Below are positions 31,112 through 40,317 of a DNA stretch of 64,000 nucleotides, one piece after another (the first letter of the stretch is position 1; each line of letters starts with the position of its first letter). The stretch lies in the NCBI GenBank assembly GCA_963779755.1, contig CAVZZO010000003.1:672001-736000 (forward strand), written 5' to 3'. The notes beneath the pieces are model-generated. The model did not search any database. It saw only the letters and a program-made list of their open reading frames with translations, and was not told the DNA's origin. The translations under genes were made by a program, and so were the position numbers. The DNA is from an uncultured Gemmatimonadales bacterium. Its GTDB lineage: Bacteria; Gemmatimonadota; Gemmatimonadetes; Gemmatimonadales; GWC2-71-9.

Positions 31112-31288
31112 TGCGTACTCCAGCCCAGCACAAAGGGCCCCGTGCGCTCCCCTCCGCCGATTGCGGAGGGGCCTCGCGGGGCTCGCGCGTTCCTGATGTT
31201 ATCGGTTGCGTCGTCCGGTCATGTCGTCCACTGAAGAAGCGTCGGCCCGGCCCCGCTGGTCCGGATGACCAGCGGGGATGCGCCCGCG

Positions 31289-31681
31289 CTACTTCAGCTC
31301 GACGGACGCGCCCTGCTCCTCGAGCTTCTTCTTGATTTCCTCGGCCTCCGCCTTGGTGATACCCTCGCGCACGTTGCTCGGCGCGCCATCGACCAGGTCC
31401 TTGGCTTCCTTGAGCCCCAGGCTGGTGACCTCGCGGACCACCTTGATCACCTGGATCTTCTTGGCCCCGGCCTCCTTGAGCACCACGGTGAACTCCGTCT
31501 GCTCCTCGGCCGCGGCCGCCCCCGCCCCCGCGCCGGCCGCCGGTGCGGCGGCCGCGGCCACGGGCGCGGCGATGGTCACATTGAATTTGTCCTTGAAGGC
31601 CTCGATGAGCTCCGAAAGCTCCATCACGGTCTTGTTCCCGATGGCCTCGAGGATCTCCTCGTTGCTGAGCGTGGTAGGCAT
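31289..31681 (-). CDS. rplL: 50S ribosomal protein L7/L12
   Basis: [19 protein letters not shown]. Confidence 0.99.
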   Translation of the reverse strand: MPTTLSNEEILEAIGNKTVMELSELIEAFKDKFNVTIAAPVAAAAAPAAGAGAGAAAAEEQTEFTVVLKEAGAKKIQVIKVVREVTSLGLKEAKDLVDGAPSNVREGITKAEAEEIKKKLEEQGASVELK

Positions 31682-31698
31682 TGCTGTTCTCCGTCGTG

Positions 31699-32226
31699 TT
31701 ATGACCCAGCACCGCGCTGGCTATGGAGCGCCTCGAGGGCGCCGACTACCTGCATGAGCATCGCATTCATGGCCCCGGCAAACTCCGCCAGCGGCGCCTG
31801 CAGCGTTCCTGCCAGCTGGCTCAGCAGCGCCTCGCGCGAGGGCAGCAGCGCCAGCTGTTTTACCTGGTCGGCCGTGACCGACCGGCCCTCCACCAGCCCC
31901 ATCTTGATGGTGGGGCGGTTTTCGAACTCCCGGGCGAACTCCGTCAGCACCTTGGCCGCGACGACCGGGTCGTCGCCCGCCAGCACGAACCCGGTGGGGC
32001 CGGCCAGGAACTCCGACACGCCGCTCACCTGGTTGGCCTCGAGCGCCCGCTGGGCCAGGGTGTTCTTCACCACCAGGTAGCGCAGCCCGGCGGTCCGCAG
32101 CCGCCGCCGCAGCTCGGTCATCCGGCCGACATCCAGCCCGGTGAAGTCGGTCAGGTAGAGATTGGGAGACGTCTGGAACTGCCGCGCCAGCGTCTCGACC
32201 GTATCCTGCCGCTCGGTTCTGCTCAT
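31699..32226 (-). CDS. rplJ: 50S ribosomal protein L10
   Basis: MSRTERQ start at 32226; [18 protein letters not shown]. Confidence 0.97.
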   Translation of the reverse strand: MSRTERQDTVETLARQFQTSPNLYLTDFTGLDVGRMTELRRRLRTAGLRYLVVKNTLAQRALEANQVSGVSEFLAGPTGFVLAGDDPVVAAKVLTEFAREFENRPTIKMGLVEGRSVTADQVKQLALLPSREALLSQLAGTLQAPLAEFAGAMNAMLMQVVGALEALHSQRGAGS

Positions 32227-32912
32227 CGGTACCCCGCCGTATCGAGCCGGACGCCCGGGCCCATGGTGCTCGAGACCGTGGCCGACCGGATGTACTGCCC
32301 CTTGGCCGCCGCCGGACGCGCCCGGACGATCGTATCCATGAAGATCTGCAGATTCTCCGACAGCTGATCCAGCTCGAAGGAAACCTTGCCGATGGGCGCG
32401 TGGACGTTGCCCGTCTTGTCTACCCGGAACTCGATCTTGCCGGCCTTGATCTCCCGCACCGCCTTCGCCACATCCATGGTGACGGTCCCGGCCTTGGGGT
32501 TCGGCATCAGTCCCCGGGGACCCAGGATCCGGCCCAGCTGCCCCAGCTGCCCCATGACGTCGGGCGAGGCGACGATCACGTCGCACTCGAGCCACCCGTC
32601 CTTGAGCTTCTGGATGTATTCCACCCCCACGAAATCGGCGCCGGCCGCCTCGGCCTCGCGCACCCGCTCGCCCTGGGTGATCACCAGCACCCGGACCGAC
32701 TTGCCGGTGCCGTGGGGGAGCACCACCGTGCCCCGGACCACCTGGTCGGCGTGGCGGGGATCGACGCCCAGCCGCACCGCCACGTCGACGGTTTCGTCGA
32801 ACTTGGCGAAGGCGGCCTCCTTGACCCGCAGCAGCGCGTCCCGCCCGGCGAACGACTGCCCGCCGTTCACCCGCTCCAGCGCCGCGCGAAACTTCTTCCC
32901 GTGCGCCGGCAT
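32223..32912 (-). CDS. rplA: 50S ribosomal protein L1
   Basis: [30 protein letters not shown]; start 32912. Confidence 0.98.
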   Translation of the reverse strand: MPAHGKKFRAALERVNGGQSFAGRDALLRVKEAAFAKFDETVDVAVRLGVDPRHADQVVRGTVVLPHGTGKSVRVLVITQGERVREAEAAGADFVGVEYIQKLKDGWLECDVIVASPDVMGQLGQLGRILGPRGLMPNPKAGTVTMDVAKAVREIKAGKIEFRVDKTGNVHAPIGKVSFELDQLSENLQIFMDTIVRARPAAAKGQYIRSATVSSTMGPGVRLDTAGYR

Positions 32913-33337
32913 CAGTCCACCACCTCCAGGCCCATGGAACGGGCGGTGCCCGCCACCATGCGCATGGCGCTTTCCATATTGGCCGCGTTGAGATCGGCCA
33001 TCTTGAGCTGGGCGATCTTGCGCAACGCCTCGCGGTTCACCTGCCCCACCTTGGTGCGGTTGGGCTGGGGGCTGCCCTTCTCCACGCCCGCTTCCTTGAG
33101 CAGGAGATTGGCCGCCGGCGGCGTCTTGGTAATGAATGTGAACGTCCGGTCGGCGTAGATGGTCACTACGACCGGGATGATCATGCCCGCCTGGCTCTGC
33201 GTCCGGGCGTTGAACTGTTTGCAGAAATCCATGATGTTCACGCCGTGCGGCCCCAGCGCCGTTCCCACAGGCGGCGCCGGATTGGCGGCGCCCGCCGGGC
33301 ACTGCAACTTGACCACGGCGTTGATCTTCTTCGCCAT
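32912..33337 (-). CDS. rplK: 50S ribosomal protein L11
   Basis: [28 protein letters not shown]. Confidence 0.99.
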   Translation of the reverse strand: MAKKINAVVKLQCPAGAANPAPPVGTALGPHGVNIMDFCKQFNARTQSQAGMIIPVVVTIYADRTFTFITKTPPAANLLLKEAGVEKGSPQPNRTKVGQVNREALRKIAQLKMADLNAANMESAMRMVAGTARSMGLEVVD

Positions 33338-33403
33338 GCTGCTCCCCTCAGTGCGTGGGCCGGCTTCTCCGGCCTACTGCCGCAAATCCGTGCGGTCGCG
33401 GAA

Positions 33404-33456
33404 CCTCACCCCCGTTCCCCCTCTCCACGTTGTGGAGAGGGGGCCAGGGGGTGAGG
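33404..33456. repeat. CCTCACCCC...CCCCCTCTCC-N-GGAGAGGGGG...GGGGTGAGG palindromic element, copy 2
   Basis: cctcacccccgttccccctctccacgttgtggagagggggccagggggtgagg, between nusG and rplK. Confidence 0.8.
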
Positions 33457-33457
33457 T

Positions 33458-34000
33458 CTAGTGCCCCCTCAACTGCAAATAATCCATCTCCACCGTCGTG
33501 GGGCGCCCGAACAGGCTCACCGCCACCCGGACCTTGCCCTTGTCGGCCAGGACCTCTTCCACCGTGCCGCTGAAATCGGTGAACGGGCCCTCGGTGATCT
33601 CGACCACCTGCCCCACCATGAACGGGATCTCTTCCTTGGGCGCCTCTTCGGCCACTTCCTCGGCGATGCCCAGCAGGCGGTTGACCTCGTCCTGCCGCAG
33701 CGGCTGGGGCGCCTTGCCCGATCCCACGAATTTGATCACGCCCTGGATGCTGTTGACCACATGGAGCGCTTCCTGCCCCATCTGCATTTCGACCAGGACG
33801 TAGCCCGGGTAGAGCTTCCGCTCCACCTGGACCTTCTTGCCGTTCTTGATCTCGACCACTTCCTGCACCGGCACCAGCGCCTGGCGGATCAGCTTGTCCT
33901 CCGCCGGCCGGGGATCGTCTTCGATCCGCTTGGCGATCAGGTTGCGGACCTTGTTCTCATGGCCGGCCGTGGTCTGGATCGCGTACCACCGGTAGTCCAT
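33458..34000 (-). CDS. nusG: Transcription termination/antitermination factor NusG
   Basis: WYAIQT, YPGYVLV, KOW motif GPFTDFSG, FGRPTTVE. Confidence 0.97.
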   Translation of the reverse strand: MDYRWYAIQTTAGHENKVRNLIAKRIEDDPRPAEDKLIRQALVPVQEVVEIKNGKKVQVERKLYPGYVLVEMQMGQEALHVVNSIQGVIKFVGSGKAPQPLRQDEVNRLLGIAEEVAEEAPKEEIPFMVGQVVEITEGPFTDFSGTVEEVLADKGKVRVAVSLFGRPTTVEMDYLQLRGH

Positions 34001-34004
34001 GCCG

Positions 34005-34256
34005 TTACCGCGCCAGCAGGGCCACACCGTCGACCAGGATCTTCTGCAGCAGCAGATCCATCCAGCCGATCAGGAGGCCCAGAATGATCGAGAGCACCAG
34101 GATCATCCGGGTGGCCTTGTACAGTTCCTCCCGGGTGGGCCAGGTGACTTTGTCCATCTCGGCCCGGGTCGCCCGGAAGAACTCGATCGTCCTCCGGAAC
34201 CAGGGACCGACGCCGGTGTCGGCGGCCTTGTCCTCGCCGCGCTGCGCCACGGCCAT
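34005..34256 (-). CDS. secE: Preprotein translocase subunit SecE
   Basis: EMDKVTWP followed by a TM helix. Confidence 0.96.
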   Translation of the reverse strand: MAVAQRGEDKAADTGVGPWFRRTIEFFRATRAEMDKVTWPTREELYKATRMILVLSIILGLLIGWMDLLLQKILVDGVALLAR

Positions 34257-34257
34257 C

Positions 34258-34410
34258 CTACTTCGATTCCTTGTGCAGCTGATGCTTGTTGCACCGGGGA
34301 CAGTACTTCTTCCACTCCACCCGCTCCGGATGCTTCCGCTTGTTCTTGTCCTGGAAATAGTTCCGACTATGGCAGTCGGTGCATTCCATGATGATTTTAT
34401 CTCGAGGCAT
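34258..34410 (-). CDS. rpmG: 50S ribosomal protein L33 (Zn-binding type)
   Basis: [13 protein letters not shown]...KKYCPRC...HKESK. Confidence 0.97.
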   Translation of the reverse strand: MPRDKIIMECTDCHSRNYFQDKNKRKHPERVEWKKYCPRCNKHQLHKESK

Positions 34411-34451
34411 CGTCAGTAACCTGTGTGAGCCATGCGTCTCTGCCCTGCTCA

Positions 34452-34524
<73 letters not shown>

Positions 34525-34530
34525 GATCTC

Positions 34531-34667
34531 AGACGGCAAGACGGCAAGACAGCCAGTACAGTCCATCCCAGCATGTCCGCCGCGCGCAGCCCTGCCATCC
34601 ACGGCTCGGGCCTCCCCTGACGGACAGAATTCACCGGCCGTCCTGCCGTCTTGCCCTCCTGCCGTCT
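34531..34667. repeat. Inverted octamer arms (AGACGGCA)n ... (TGCCGTCT)n between tRNA-Gly and tRNA-Thr
   Basis: Arms at 34531-34554 and 34638-34667. Confidence 0.8.
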
Positions 34668-34671
34668 TCAG

Positions 34672-34744
34672 AGCGGGCGACGGGGCTCGAACCCGCGACC
34701 CTCAGCTTGGAAGGCTGATGCTCTACCAACTGAGCTACACCCGC
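34672..34744 (-). tRNA. tRNA-Gly(TCC)
   Basis: GCGGGTG...TCAGC-CTTCCAA-GCTGA...GGTTCGAGCC. Confidence 0.96.
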
Positions 34745-34751
34745 GAGCAAC

Positions 34752-34866
34752 GGACGACAGGACGGCCAGACGGCAGGTTCAATACAACCTCCAACCTGTT
34801 TCCCGCCGCCAGCCACCGAGGACGCCTCCCACCTGCCGTCTTGCCGTCTTGCCACCCTGCCGCCCT
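34752..34866. repeat. Inverted octamer arms between tRNA-Tyr and tRNA-Gly
   Basis: ggacgaca ggacggcc agacggca ... tgccgtct tgccgtct tgccaccc tgccgccc. Confidence 0.8.
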
Positions 34867-34868
34867 CA

Positions 34869-34952
34869 TGGTGGGGGTAGGATTCGAACCTACGTAGGGC
34901 GAAGCCCGGCAGATTTACAGTCTGCTACCATTAGCCACTCGGTCACCCCACC
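34869..34952 (-). tRNA. tRNA-Tyr(GTA)
   Basis: GGTGGGG...GCAGA-CTGTAAA-TCTGC, long variable arm. Confidence 0.96.
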
Positions 34953-35029
34953 GACAACCCTCCCGGAGAAACAGAACCCCGCCGCCTCGCGGGGTCGTCC
35001 GGTTTGCTCGCTCCGGCACTGCATCGCGG

Positions 35030-35102
35030 AGCTGACGGAGGGAATCGAACCCTCAACCTGCTGATTACAAATCAGCCGCTCTGCCAATTGAGCTACGTCA
35101 GC
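35030..35102 (-). tRNA. tRNA-Thr(TGT)
   Basis: GCTGACG...GCTGA-TTTGTAA-TCAGC...GGTTCGATTCC. Confidence 0.96.
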
Positions 35103-35128
35103 AGGCCAGCCAAAAATGACAGACCCAT

Positions 35129-35157
35129 ATAATAGACAGGGGGTTAGGGCGCGTCAA
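35129..35157 (-). promoter_or_regulatory. Sigma-70-type promoter of the tRNA-rpmG-secE-nusG operon
   Basis: TTGACG-17 bp-TATTAT, 26 bp upstream of the tRNA-Thr 5' end. Confidence 0.75.
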
Positions 35158-35203
35158 CGGGCTCAGGGCGGGAAGCTTGACGGGCGGCAGGACGGGAAGC
35201 GGT

Positions 35204-36691
35204 TCAGCCTCCCGCCTTGCCGCCTTCCCACCCTGCCACTTTCCATTTCGTCCCTCCCGGCGTGTCCTCCACCACCACCCCCCGCGCCTCCACCTCCGCC
35301 CGGAGCGCGTCGGCCCGGGCAAAATCCCGGTCTCGCCGGGCCTGCTGCCGCTGATCCAGCCGGTCCTCCACCCACCGGGCCAGCTCCGGGTCCACCGCCC
35401 GCTCGGTGGGCAGGATGTCCAGGACCTCGACCGCCAGCCAGTCGAAGCTCTCCAGCACCCCGGGCGACACCCGCGCTCCCTCATCCAGCGCCCGGTGGCC
35501 CGCGTTCACGAAGTCGAACAGGGCCGCCACCGCCCGGGGGGCGTTCAGGTCGTCGTCCAGCGCCGCCCCCGCTGCCAGGCGGAGGGTCCGGGCGGCATCC
35601 TCCAGCTCGCCCGTCGCCGCCCCGGAGCGGGCCTGCAGGTCGGCGGTGGGCGCCGGGAAGGGCTGCCCCAGCCGCTGGCGGAACTCACCCAGCCGCGCCA
35701 CCGCGCGGCCGGCCGCGGGGAGGGCCTCGTCGGTCAGGTCGAGTTTCTGACGGTAATGCGTCTGGCACATGAGCAGCCGGACCGCGGCGGCGTCGACACC
35801 GTCTTCCCGCAGGTCGCGGGCGGTGGTGATGTTGCCGAACCGCTTGGACATCTTCTGGCCACGGATGTTCAGGAACTCGCCGTGCATCCAGATCCGGGCG
35901 AATTCCGGCTGGCCGGTATAGGCGCAGCTCTGGGCGATTTCGTCTTCGTGATGGGGAAAGATCAGGTCCACCCCGCCGGCGTGGATATCGAGCACATCGG
36001 TGCCCCACTCCTTCCCCAGGAGTTCCAGTGCCATGGCCGAGCACTCCAGGTGCCAGCCGGGGCGCCCCCGGCCGAACGGGGTGTCCCACGCGGCGCCCAC
36101 GGCTTCATCTACCGGAGTGGCGGCCTTCCACAGCACGAAGTCGCGGGCGTCCTCCTTGGCGTACTCGTCGCTGCTCACCCGGCCGCTGGCCCCGGTCCGC
36201 AGCTCCCGCCGGTCGAGATGCGACAGTTTTCCGTAGGCGGGAAACCGCCCGATGGCGAAATAGACCGAGCCGTCCTCCCCCCGGTACGCGGTCCCGTTGG
36301 CCAGCAGGCCCTCTACCAGCCGCGCCATGGGCTCGATGAACCGGGTGGCGCGGGGATAGGCATGCGCCGGGCGGATCCGCAGATAGTCGCGGTCTTCCAG
36401 AAAGGCCTGGATGAAGGGCGCCACGTGCTGCTCCAGCGACACCCCGCGCTCGGCGGCGGTCTTGATGGTCCGGTCGTCCACGTCGGTCAGGTTCATGATG
36501 TGAAAGACCCGATACCCGCTGGCTTCCAGCCAGCGCCGGAGCAGGTCCTCGAAGAGAAACGTCCGGAAATTTCCGATGTGGGCGTAATTCCACACCGTGG
36601 GCCCGCAAGTGTACATCGACACCCGGCCCGGCTGCAGCGGTTCCAGCGGCACCACCGACCGCGACATGGTATTGAACAGGCGAAGCGTCAT
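35204..36691 (-). CDS. cysS: Cysteine--tRNA ligase
   Basis: MYTCGPTV, HIGN, GRPGWHLECSAM, FPHHEDE, KMSKR. Confidence 0.97.
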   Translation of the reverse strand: MTLRLFNTMSRSVVPLEPLQPGRVSMYTCGPTVWNYAHIGNFRTFLFEDLLRRWLEASGYRVFHIMNLTDVDDRTIKTAAERGVSLEQHVAPFIQAFLEDRDYLRIRPAHAYPRATRFIEPMARLVEGLLANGTAYRGEDGSVYFAIGRFPAYGKLSHLDRRELRTGASGRVSSDEYAKEDARDFVLWKAATPVDEAVGAAWDTPFGRGRPGWHLECSAMALELLGKEWGTDVLDIHAGGVDLIFPHHEDEIAQSCAYTGQPEFARIWMHGEFLNIRGQKMSKRFGNITTARDLREDGVDAAAVRLLMCQTHYRQKLDLTDEALPAAGRAVARLGEFRQRLGQPFPAPTADLQARSGAATGELEDAARTLRLAAGAALDDDLNAPRAVAALFDFVNAGHRALDEGARVSPGVLESFDWLAVEVLDILPTERAVDPELARWVEDRLDQRQQARRDRDFARADALRAEVEARGVVVEDTPGGTKWKVAGWEGGKAGG

Positions 36692-37629
36692 GCCGAGCCT
36701 CCCAGGGCCCGCGACGCGGCGCCGGTCAGGCCGCCCAGGCGCTCGTCATCCAGTCGCAGGTGCATGGTGCGTTGCGGGAAGGGGATCTCGATGCCCTCGG
36801 CGTCGAGCCGGTTCTTGATCCGGCGGCGGAACTCGCGCGCGGTTTCCCACTGGGCGCCCGGAACCGTCTGGATCATGGTCCGGATGACGACACCGCTGTC
36901 GGCCAGCGACTCCACCCCGGCGACCACCGGCTCTCCTTCGAGCCGCGGCCGCCATGCCGGATCGGCGGCCAGCCGGGCCGCCTCGTCGGCGAAGACGGTG
37001 AGTGTGCGGTCGATATCCGCCCCGTACGCCACCGCGATTTCCAGGACGGCGCGTGACCAGCCGCGGGTCTTGTTGCTGACCACGGTGATCTGGCCGTTGG
37101 GAATGGTGTGCAGCACCCCCTGCAGGTCGCGCAGCTGCACCACCCGCAGGGTCATGCGTTCCACCGACCCGCTCTTGCCGCCCGCTTCGATCACATCGCC
37201 CACCGCGAACTGGTTCTCCAGCAGGATGAAGAACCCGCTCAGCACGTCTTTCACCAGGCTCTGGGCCCCGAAGGAGATGGCCAGGCCGAGGATGCCCGCC
37301 CCGGCCAGAATGGGGGTGATCTGGATGAAGGTGTTGAGGGTAAGCAGCATCGCGAGCAGCACCACAACCACGCCGCCCACGCTGCGCAGCAGCTGGGCGA
37401 TGGTCTGGCCCCGCTTCTCCCGCAATGTGAGGGTCCCCTCGCCGGCGTGGACCGAAGCCACGATGCGCCGGGCCATCGCGCGGATGACCCACATGGCCAG
37501 CCAGGCGCTGATCCAGATCACCACCACCTGCAGTGCCCGGCCGACCAGCTGCGCGGTGTCTATCCGGAAAAAGCGGGCGAGGTTGTCGATGACATCACGG
37601 AGCGTGGGCAGGTGCGTCACGGCGGTCAT
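36688..37629 (-). CDS. Small-conductance mechanosensitive channel (MscS family)
   Basis: AGAGILGLAISFGAQSLVKD, ENQFAVGD, IPNG, GIEIPFPQ; start approximate. Confidence 0.92.
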   Translation of the reverse strand: MTAVTHLPTLRDVIDNLARFFRIDTAQLVGRALQVVVIWISAWLAMWVIRAMARRIVASVHAGEGTLTLREKRGQTIAQLLRSVGGVVVVLLAMLLTLNTFIQITPILAGAGILGLAISFGAQSLVKDVLSGFFILLENQFAVGDVIEAGGKSGSVERMTLRVVQLRDLQGVLHTIPNGQITVVSNKTRGWSRAVLEIAVAYGADIDRTLTVFADEAARLAADPAWRPRLEGEPVVAGVESLADSGVVIRTMIQTVPGAQWETAREFRRRIKNRLDAEGIEIPFPQRTMHLRLDDERLGGLTGAASRALGGSA

Positions 37630-38263
37630 ACCTGTATCGGTCGGGGAGGCCCGCGAGAGCGCGAAAACTATCCTCCGGCCCGGCACCCTCCAAGGCCGCC
37701 TCGAGCCCGGGGTAGACGACGGCGCTGGCCTCCACCCGCCAACCCGCCGCGAGCCAGGTGGAGAGGATCTCCTCCGGTCTCAGCGCCGCCAGGGGCAGTT
37801 CCGCCTCGACCCGCCCTGCCCCGAGCGGGCGCACCAGGCCGGAGCGGCCAAAGGGGGGATGCCCGGGGCCGCTCCCCACGATCCGCAGCCGGGCCGCCCG
37901 GCGCCAGGGCCGGCAGCTGGAGCGGACCAGGCCGGTGCGGCCGGGGAGGAGCAACGAGTCGCACCAGGCGACCAACGCGCGCGCCGGCCAGCCCAGCACC
38001 CCGGCTCCCGCGCCCGCCGCCAGCGCCCGCGCCCGGCAGAGCCATTCCTCGCCGGGGGGCCGGAGGACGCCGGTGAGCAGATAGCGCCGGCGGGCCCGCG
38101 GCCGCCGCAGGCGCAGCAGGTCCGGCGGGCTCAGAATGGTGAGGTCGCCGCGCGGTTCCCCGACCTGCGGAAGGACCCGAGCGGGAATCCCCAGCAGTTC
38201 CCCGGCGTGCAGGTGGGGCAGGATCGCGCGCAGCGGCAGCGGCGGAAGGAGCACAACGGCCAT
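37595..38263 (-). CDS. Hypothetical protein
   Basis: Open frame filling the gap on the operon strand; no recognisable motif; frame and boundaries uncertain. Confidence 0.4.
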   Translation of the reverse strand: MAVVLLPPLPLRAILPHLHAGELLGIPARVLPQVGEPRGDLTILSPPDLLRLRRPRARRRYLLTGVLRPPGEEWLCRARALAAGAGAGVLGWPARALVAWCDSLLLPGRTGLVRSSCRPWRRAARLRIVGSGPGHPPFGRSGLVRPLGAGRVEAELPLAALRPEEILSTWLAAGWRVEASAVVYPGLEAALEGAGPEDSFRALAGLPDRYRYDRRDAPAHAP

Positions 38264-38336
38264 CCGGGCGAAGATGGCCCCGCGGCACGAAACCGCGGCA
38301 CCACCATCGCCCGGCACACGGCAAAAGAGTGCGGTA

Positions 38337-38840
38337 CTACCAGCGCACCCGGCCTCCCGCGAGCAGGGCCATGAATGCCGGCTGCCCCGCACCGCCGCTG
38401 TTCTGCAGGCTGGCGTGCCAGCGTCCCTCCAGGATCAGGGCCCAGCCCTCTCCCGCCGGGCTCCAGGCGGCCCCCAGGCCGGCGCTGCCGCTGAAGAGGT
38501 TGATCCCCACCGGGCCGCGAAACTCGCCCTGGGCCAGGCCGCCCACGGCGTAGAGCGACGGCGCGGTGCGAAGCAGCCGCACCCGTACCACCCCGCCCAG
38601 CATGGTGGCGCGGCCGTCGCCCCCGAAGTGGTAGTAACCCACTTCCGGGCCGAGAGTGAGCGGTCCGAGGACAAAGGCAAAGCTCGCCGCCCCGCCCAGG
38701 GCGCCGCCCTGAATCGGCCCTCCGGCCGCCCCGGCGTAGCCGCCGGCAACCGACAACTCGCCGATATGCCGCTGCGCGGCCACCGAAGCCGGCAGGAGGC
38801 CGAGCAGCAGCAGGAGCGCAATCCGGCGGATGGCACTCAT
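38337..38840 (-). CDS. Putative small outer-membrane beta-barrel protein
   Basis: Signal peptide MSAIRRIALLLLLGLLPASVAA, alternating beta-strand pattern, C-terminal aromatic residue (GGRVRW). Confidence 0.7.
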   Translation of the reverse strand: MSAIRRIALLLLLGLLPASVAAQRHIGELSVAGGYAGAAGGPIQGGALGGAASFAFVLGPLTLGPEVGYYHFGGDGRATMLGGVVRVRLLRTAPSLYAVGGLAQGEFRGPVGINLFSGSAGLGAAWSPAGEGWALILEGRWHASLQNSGGAGQPAFMALLAGGRVRW

Positions 38841-39304
38841 GGGAACCGCAACCGCCAATGCGGAATGGCGGCGCCAATGACCGCGCCCACCAGGCCGCCG
38901 CCCAGCGCCCCGACCCCGACTCCCACCAGGGTCGCCCCGGCAATCTGGCAATCGGACGATTCACAGGCCACGCGGGCGACGATATTGAAGAGGACTCCGC
39001 CGCTGACGGCGCCGGCGATCCCGCCGACGATCGCGCCGGTTCTGGTGCTGCGCTCCCGGACCCACACCCGGCCGAGTTCCGCGGAGGCGACCCTGCGCTG
39101 GGCATGGTCCTGGCGAAGGGTGAGTGCCACTTGGTCCTGAGAGACCAGCAGCCCCTGAACCCGTTCCCCACCCGACAACTCCGCCCGGAGTACCGCGCCC
39201 GGGCGGAAGATGGGAACGGAATCGGCCCGCTGGGCGGACAGCGCCGCCGGAACCAGCAGCAGCAGGAGCGCCGTGGCCGGGACAGAGTGAAATGGTCGTC
39301 GCAT
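38837..39304 (-). CDS. Secreted/membrane protein with glycine-zipper helices
   Basis: Signal peptide, then GAIVGGIAGAVSGG and GVGVGALGGGLVGAVIGA flanking a CxxxxC loop; overlaps the downstream gene. Confidence 0.7.
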   Translation of the reverse strand: MRRPFHSVPATALLLLLVPAALSAQRADSVPIFRPGAVLRAELSGGERVQGLLVSQDQVALTLRQDHAQRRVASAELGRVWVRERSTRTGAIVGGIAGAVSGGVLFNIVARVACESSDCQIAGATLVGVGVGALGGGLVGAVIGAAIPHWRLRFP

Positions 39305-39358
39305 GGCATCTCCAGCCAGGGTTGGGTCGGTTTCCTGGCCCACAGTACCCGGCTGCCG

Positions 39359-40306
39359 TTACTCCGGCGTGACCTGGCGGGCCGCGGCGGGCTCCTCCCC
39401 ATGGCCGCCCATGACCAGAACGGGGACGCTGGCCCCGCGCACGACCTTGTCTGTCACACTCCCCAGCACCAGCCGGCGCATCCCCCCGGCCCCATGCGTG
39501 GCGATGGCAATGAGGTCGCACCCCGCGCGTTGGGCCTCCTGGTCGATCCGGCGCGCCACCCGGTTGTCCACCACGCACCTGGTGGTGACCACCTGTCCGT
39601 CGCAGCGGAGGGTGCCGGCCAGCCGCTCGAGATATTCCTGGCTGCATTGCTCCATGGAATCGAGCGCCTCCCGCACCAGGTCCGCCGGATAGCTGATGCC
39701 CGGGTCGCCGATGGGAACGATCGGCTCCACCACACTCAGCAGCACCAGCTCGGCCCCGGCGAGCTTCCCCAGCGCCACGGCCGGACCGATGGCCGATTCG
39801 GCCAGCGGCGAGCGATCCAGCGGCACCAGGATCCGGCGTGGCAGCGCCGTCGGGGGAAGGTGCCCGTTCCCGGAGCTGTGGATCAGCAGACGGGGAACCG
39901 TCAGATGGCGCAGGAGATAGTCGGCCACACTGCCCAGCCACATGCGGCTCAGCGGATCGCGACCGTGGGTGGTGAGCACGACCAGGTCGATGCCCAGCTG
40001 CCCGGCATGCTCGGCCAGCCGCGGCCCCGCCGGGCCGTCCAGAAGCGTGATCTGCACTCGCAGACCGTCCGACTCCAGCTCGACCGCCTTGCGCCGGAGA
40101 TAGCGCCGCTCCTCTGCGCGTTCCTGCTCTTCCAGGGCCGGATCCAGCAGCGGCACCCCCGGTACCGGCGCATACTGCAGCAGCGTCGGATGCACCCGGG
40201 CCAGATGCAGCATGGCACCGGAGCACTGCGCGATACGGCTCGCCAGCGGCAGGGCGCGCTCGGCGAACTCTGAGCCATCCAGGGGCACCAGGATATCGTG
40301 GAACAT
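39359..40306 (-). CDS. Universal stress protein (tandem USP domains)
   Basis: ILVPLDGSEFAE, DLVVLTTHGR...LGSVA; second domain ILVPLDRS...THGAGG...LGSVTDKV. Confidence 0.93.
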   Translation of the reverse strand: MFHDILVPLDGSEFAERALPLASRIAQCSGAMLHLARVHPTLLQYAPVPGVPLLDPALEEQERAEERRYLRRKAVELESDGLRVQITLLDGPAGPRLAEHAGQLGIDLVVLTTHGRDPLSRMWLGSVADYLLRHLTVPRLLIHSSGNGHLPPTALPRRILVPLDRSPLAESAIGPAVALGKLAGAELVLLSVVEPIVPIGDPGISYPADLVREALDSMEQCSQEYLERLAGTLRCDGQVVTTRCVVDNRVARRIDQEAQRAGCDLIAIATHGAGGMRRLVLGSVTDKVVRGASVPVLVMGGHGEEPAAARQVTPE

Positions 40307-40317
40307 GAGACCTCCTT

